A stretch of 64,000 bases of DNA from an uncultured Gammaproteobacteria bacterium (lineage in GTDB: Bacteria > Pseudomonadota > Gammaproteobacteria > JACCXJ01): the NCBI GenBank assembly GCA_963764725.1, contig CAVXTM010000018.1, positions 256,001 through 320,000 on the forward strand. Direction: 5' to 3'. Under the pieces are notes generated by a model. It worked only from the letters and a program-made list of their open reading frames with translations, was not told the origin of the DNA and did not search any database. The position numbers and the translations under genes are program-made. Numbering within the stretch: the first letter of the stretch is position 1; the number at the start of each line of letters is the position of its first letter. Positions 61,764 to 64,000 of the stretch are shown one piece after another.

Positions 61764-62069
61764 GAGGTATGCCTCCTTCTGTTAACTAGACTAAACGTGC
61801 GTCAATAATAAGCCGCTGAGACAGTCCCTCCCTAGACTGGCTCGCCGGGAAAATCAGCGTTCGCTTCCTTCGTCCGCTTGCAAGTTGCCGCAAGACAATC
61901 CGCTGTTGAAATCGACCACCTTCATCCGGTGCGGTGCTCATGCTGCTATTAGGGTTTTCTCCCACCCAAGGCTACGCAGCGTAAGCAGCACTTGTTCTAA
62001 CTATCGGCTCCCTCCGCATAGCGATTACCTTTTGCACGGCGACAGTATAGGCATGAGTAGTCGGGATAA

Positions 62070-62096
62070 CTATTGAAGAATATTGAGCATAATTGA
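62070..62096. promoter_or_regulatory. Three ATTGA boxes at 10-bp spacing upstream of paralog 1
   Basis: ATTGA at 62072, 62082 and 62092; homologous to 58599-58627 and 59578-59606. Confidence 0.55.
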
Positions 62097-62251
62097 CCCC
62101 GCATGACCCAACCCCAAAGCAGACTCGCTCCAGTTGATTCAGCGGCTGAATGGACTATACCCTAGTACCGTCGCAACTTACGAAATTGATGGCAGTGGTA
62201 AAAGTAAAAACGTTACACATATATAGTCAACCAGTTACTTGCGAACGGGCC

Positions 62252-64000
62252 CTAGAAACTGAGCGTGACTCCCACGAAGATCGTACGATCTGGGGTAAAA
62301 GCGGAAACCGTACCCAAATCCGGCCCTATTTCCTGACCGGGAGGAATCGGGGTGAAAGCGCGAAAATTGTCGTCTTGATAACGAAATTCTTCGTCGAGTA
62401 GATTGCTGACCCCCACGCTGATGATCCCCCGACGCTTAGGTAGACGGTAACCGACGGCCGTATCGAGGGTCACGAAGTCCTCGCGGCCACGTGACTCGGG
62501 TGACAGCGAGGGAAATGTTTCGACCTCTTGCTGGACATAGGTCGCACCGAGGCCGGCAAAAAAGCCTGCTGGGTGAAAGTAGCGTAGGGTGAACGGCACG
62601 GTTGTCGTCTGTGTCAGTATTACGCGATCATCGGGAAAATCCCTCTGATCTTCTAATTCGAATCGATTGAACCGGTATTCGGCGCTGACGGCCCAGCGGT
62701 GTACAGGTGTCCAATAGAGGTAGACCCGGTAGAATTCTTCACGTACTGCTTCTTCTTGAACCGTCCCGTCAGCTATAAAATCAACGAGAGGAACTTCGAT
62801 ATCTCGTAGTGAGACTTCCAGCCCCCCGTAGAAGCCGTCGCTCATACGCGTATCGATGCCTATACCATAGCGCCTCGCGTGCGTGCCGGGCGAATCATCG
62901 AAAAACTGATTGAAGCCCGCGATTTCAGTGGGTTCGAGGGTCTGCTCGATGAGGACAGCGGGCCGCAAGGTTTCAAAGTAGGCCATCCGCACATGCAGGT
63001 TGTTGTTGACATTCCACTGCACGCCGACCTTAGGATGTAGCGCGTCGGTGACGTCGATATCGCGCTCGTCGTAAGAATCGTAGCTTAGGCCGAAGGTCCA
63101 AGAAACGTTATTGGGCCAGTTGAGGTGGCTATACAGGTAGGCGTTATGCTGGTCGCGCGAAAAAGAATTAAGGCCAAAGGCGGGGATGACAGCGAAACCC
63201 GGTATTATTACTCGACCGCTCGGCTCGATGTCCGTGTGATACACGCTGCCGCCAGCGCCCAGGCTGAAGCGTTCGATTCGAAAGAGATACTGGGCGTCGA
63301 ATTGATAACCCGTTTGATCCTGCAGAAACTCCGTCTGAACTAAATTAAACAGCCCGAAGTCACCCCGTTGTGAACTGGTTCGTTTATCTTCGATGTCCCC
63401 ATAGAGGGCCGAAACTACGAAATCGGAGTGGGGTGACAGCCTGATGTGAACCCCAATGCGTCCGGACTCCTCGGTGATGCTCTGCCGGCGCTCGGGTAGC
63501 ACATCAGGTAGCTCAGGATTACCGAAAAAATTTTTTGGATCGAAGTTCAACCGCAGGTCACCTTGCTCGCGGTCCTGAAAACGGTATTCGGTTTGGATAT
63601 CCAAGAACGGCGCGACGGCGACCTGGCCGAAAAGATCGTAGGCATTGTGCTTGAGATCGTTGTTGGCGCGGAAGCCCTTGGTATCGGAATGGAACTGCCC
63701 GAGACTCACGGCGTAGCGATCGTAGAGTCCCGAGAGCACGGCTTCCTCTCCCCAGGTGCTGTGATTCCCGCCAAAGGCCGAGGTCAGGAGCCGCACGCGG
63801 TTGCGTTCGAACAAGGGTGAGAATTCGTTGAACCCGGCATCGGCGGGACCCGCGAACCCGGCGATTCGGATATCCGAGGCGCTGCGGCTCGGGCGCACGG
63901 GGTTGCTCGTTACCGGTTGCAAGATCCGGGATTGCAGCAACTCGCTTCCTCGTGCGATTTCATGGCGTGCCAATCCCAAGTAGCTGTCCGAGAGCAGACG
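62252..64000 (-). CDS. Outer-membrane beta-barrel (TonB-dependent-receptor-like) protein, 5'-truncated by the window edge
   Basis: Amphipathic beta-strands, PKVGVQW, SNLLDEEFRY, C-terminal Phe (VGVTLSF); the frame is open to the window end. Confidence 0.8.
   Translation of the reverse strand, partial: RLLSDSYLGLARHEIARGSELLQSRILQPVTSNPVRPSRSASDIRIAGFAGPADAGFNEFSPLFERNRVRLLTSAFGGNHSTWGEEAVLSGLYDRYAVSLGQFHSDTKGFRANNDLKHNAYDLFGQVAVAPFLDIQTEYRFQDREQGDLRLNFDPKNFFGNPELPDVLPERRQSITEESGRIGVHIRLSPHSDFVVSALYGDIEDKRTSSQRGDFGLFNLVQTEFLQDQTGYQFDAQYLFRIERFSLGAGGSVYHTDIEPSGRVIIPGFAVIPAFGLNSFSRDQHNAYLYSHLNWPNNVSWTFGLSYDSYDERDIDVTDALHPKVGVQWNVNNNLHVRMAYFETLRPAVLIEQTLEPTEIAGFNQFFDDSPGTHARRYGIGIDTRMSDGFYGGLEVSLRDIEVPLVDFIADGTVQEEAVREEFYRVYLYWTPVHRWAVSAEYRFNRFELEDQRDFPDDRVILTQTTTVPFTLRYFHPAGFFAGLGATYVQQEVETFPSLSPESRGREDFVTLDTAVGYRLPKRRGIISVGVSNLLDEEFRYQDDNFRAFTPIPPGQEIGPDLGTVSAFTPDRTIFVGVTLSF

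Overview
GC-rich bacterial window, most likely from a gammaproteobacterium: it carries the rlmB-rnr-tRNA-Leu-purA-hisZ-hflCKX-hfq-miaA-mutL-ami-tsaE-nnr-orn block and a CTGT-N8-ACAG LexA box. There are three zones. (1) 1-13 kb is a sterol biosynthesis locus: an ERG4/ERG24-type reductase, CYP51, a squalene epoxidase-oxidosqualene cyclase fusion and a convergent DHCR24-like reductase. About 5.8 kb of mobile DNA splits it: two attC-like sites around a frameshifted DUF4062-like cassette, a REP/RAYT remnant, a RelE/HigA-type toxin-antitoxin pair, and a degraded Rep_trans-like element interrupted by an IS256 with an 8-bp target duplication. (2) 13-53 kb holds accessory genes (redoxin/cytochrome c/Cu-monooxygenase-like protein, ECF sigma plus ChrR-like cupin, TetR-RND efflux) and a long housekeeping block. 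(3) 53.4-64 kb is a co-oriented, uncharacterised locus: an outer-membrane beta-barrel receptor, four paralogous secreted two-Cys proteins with conserved non-coding leaders and 10-bp-phased TTGA boxes, a HEAT-repeat protein, an HTH-DUF4384-like protein and a TPR-CHAT caspase-like protease. The last two share an RGL[IV][AS]D[DE][DE] motif, a candidate cleavage site. Zone 3 and the unusual sterol cyclase are the best candidates for new biology. Several single-base frameshifts (hflK, hisZ and others) may be assembly errors. All family calls come from motif recognition by eye, not database searches.
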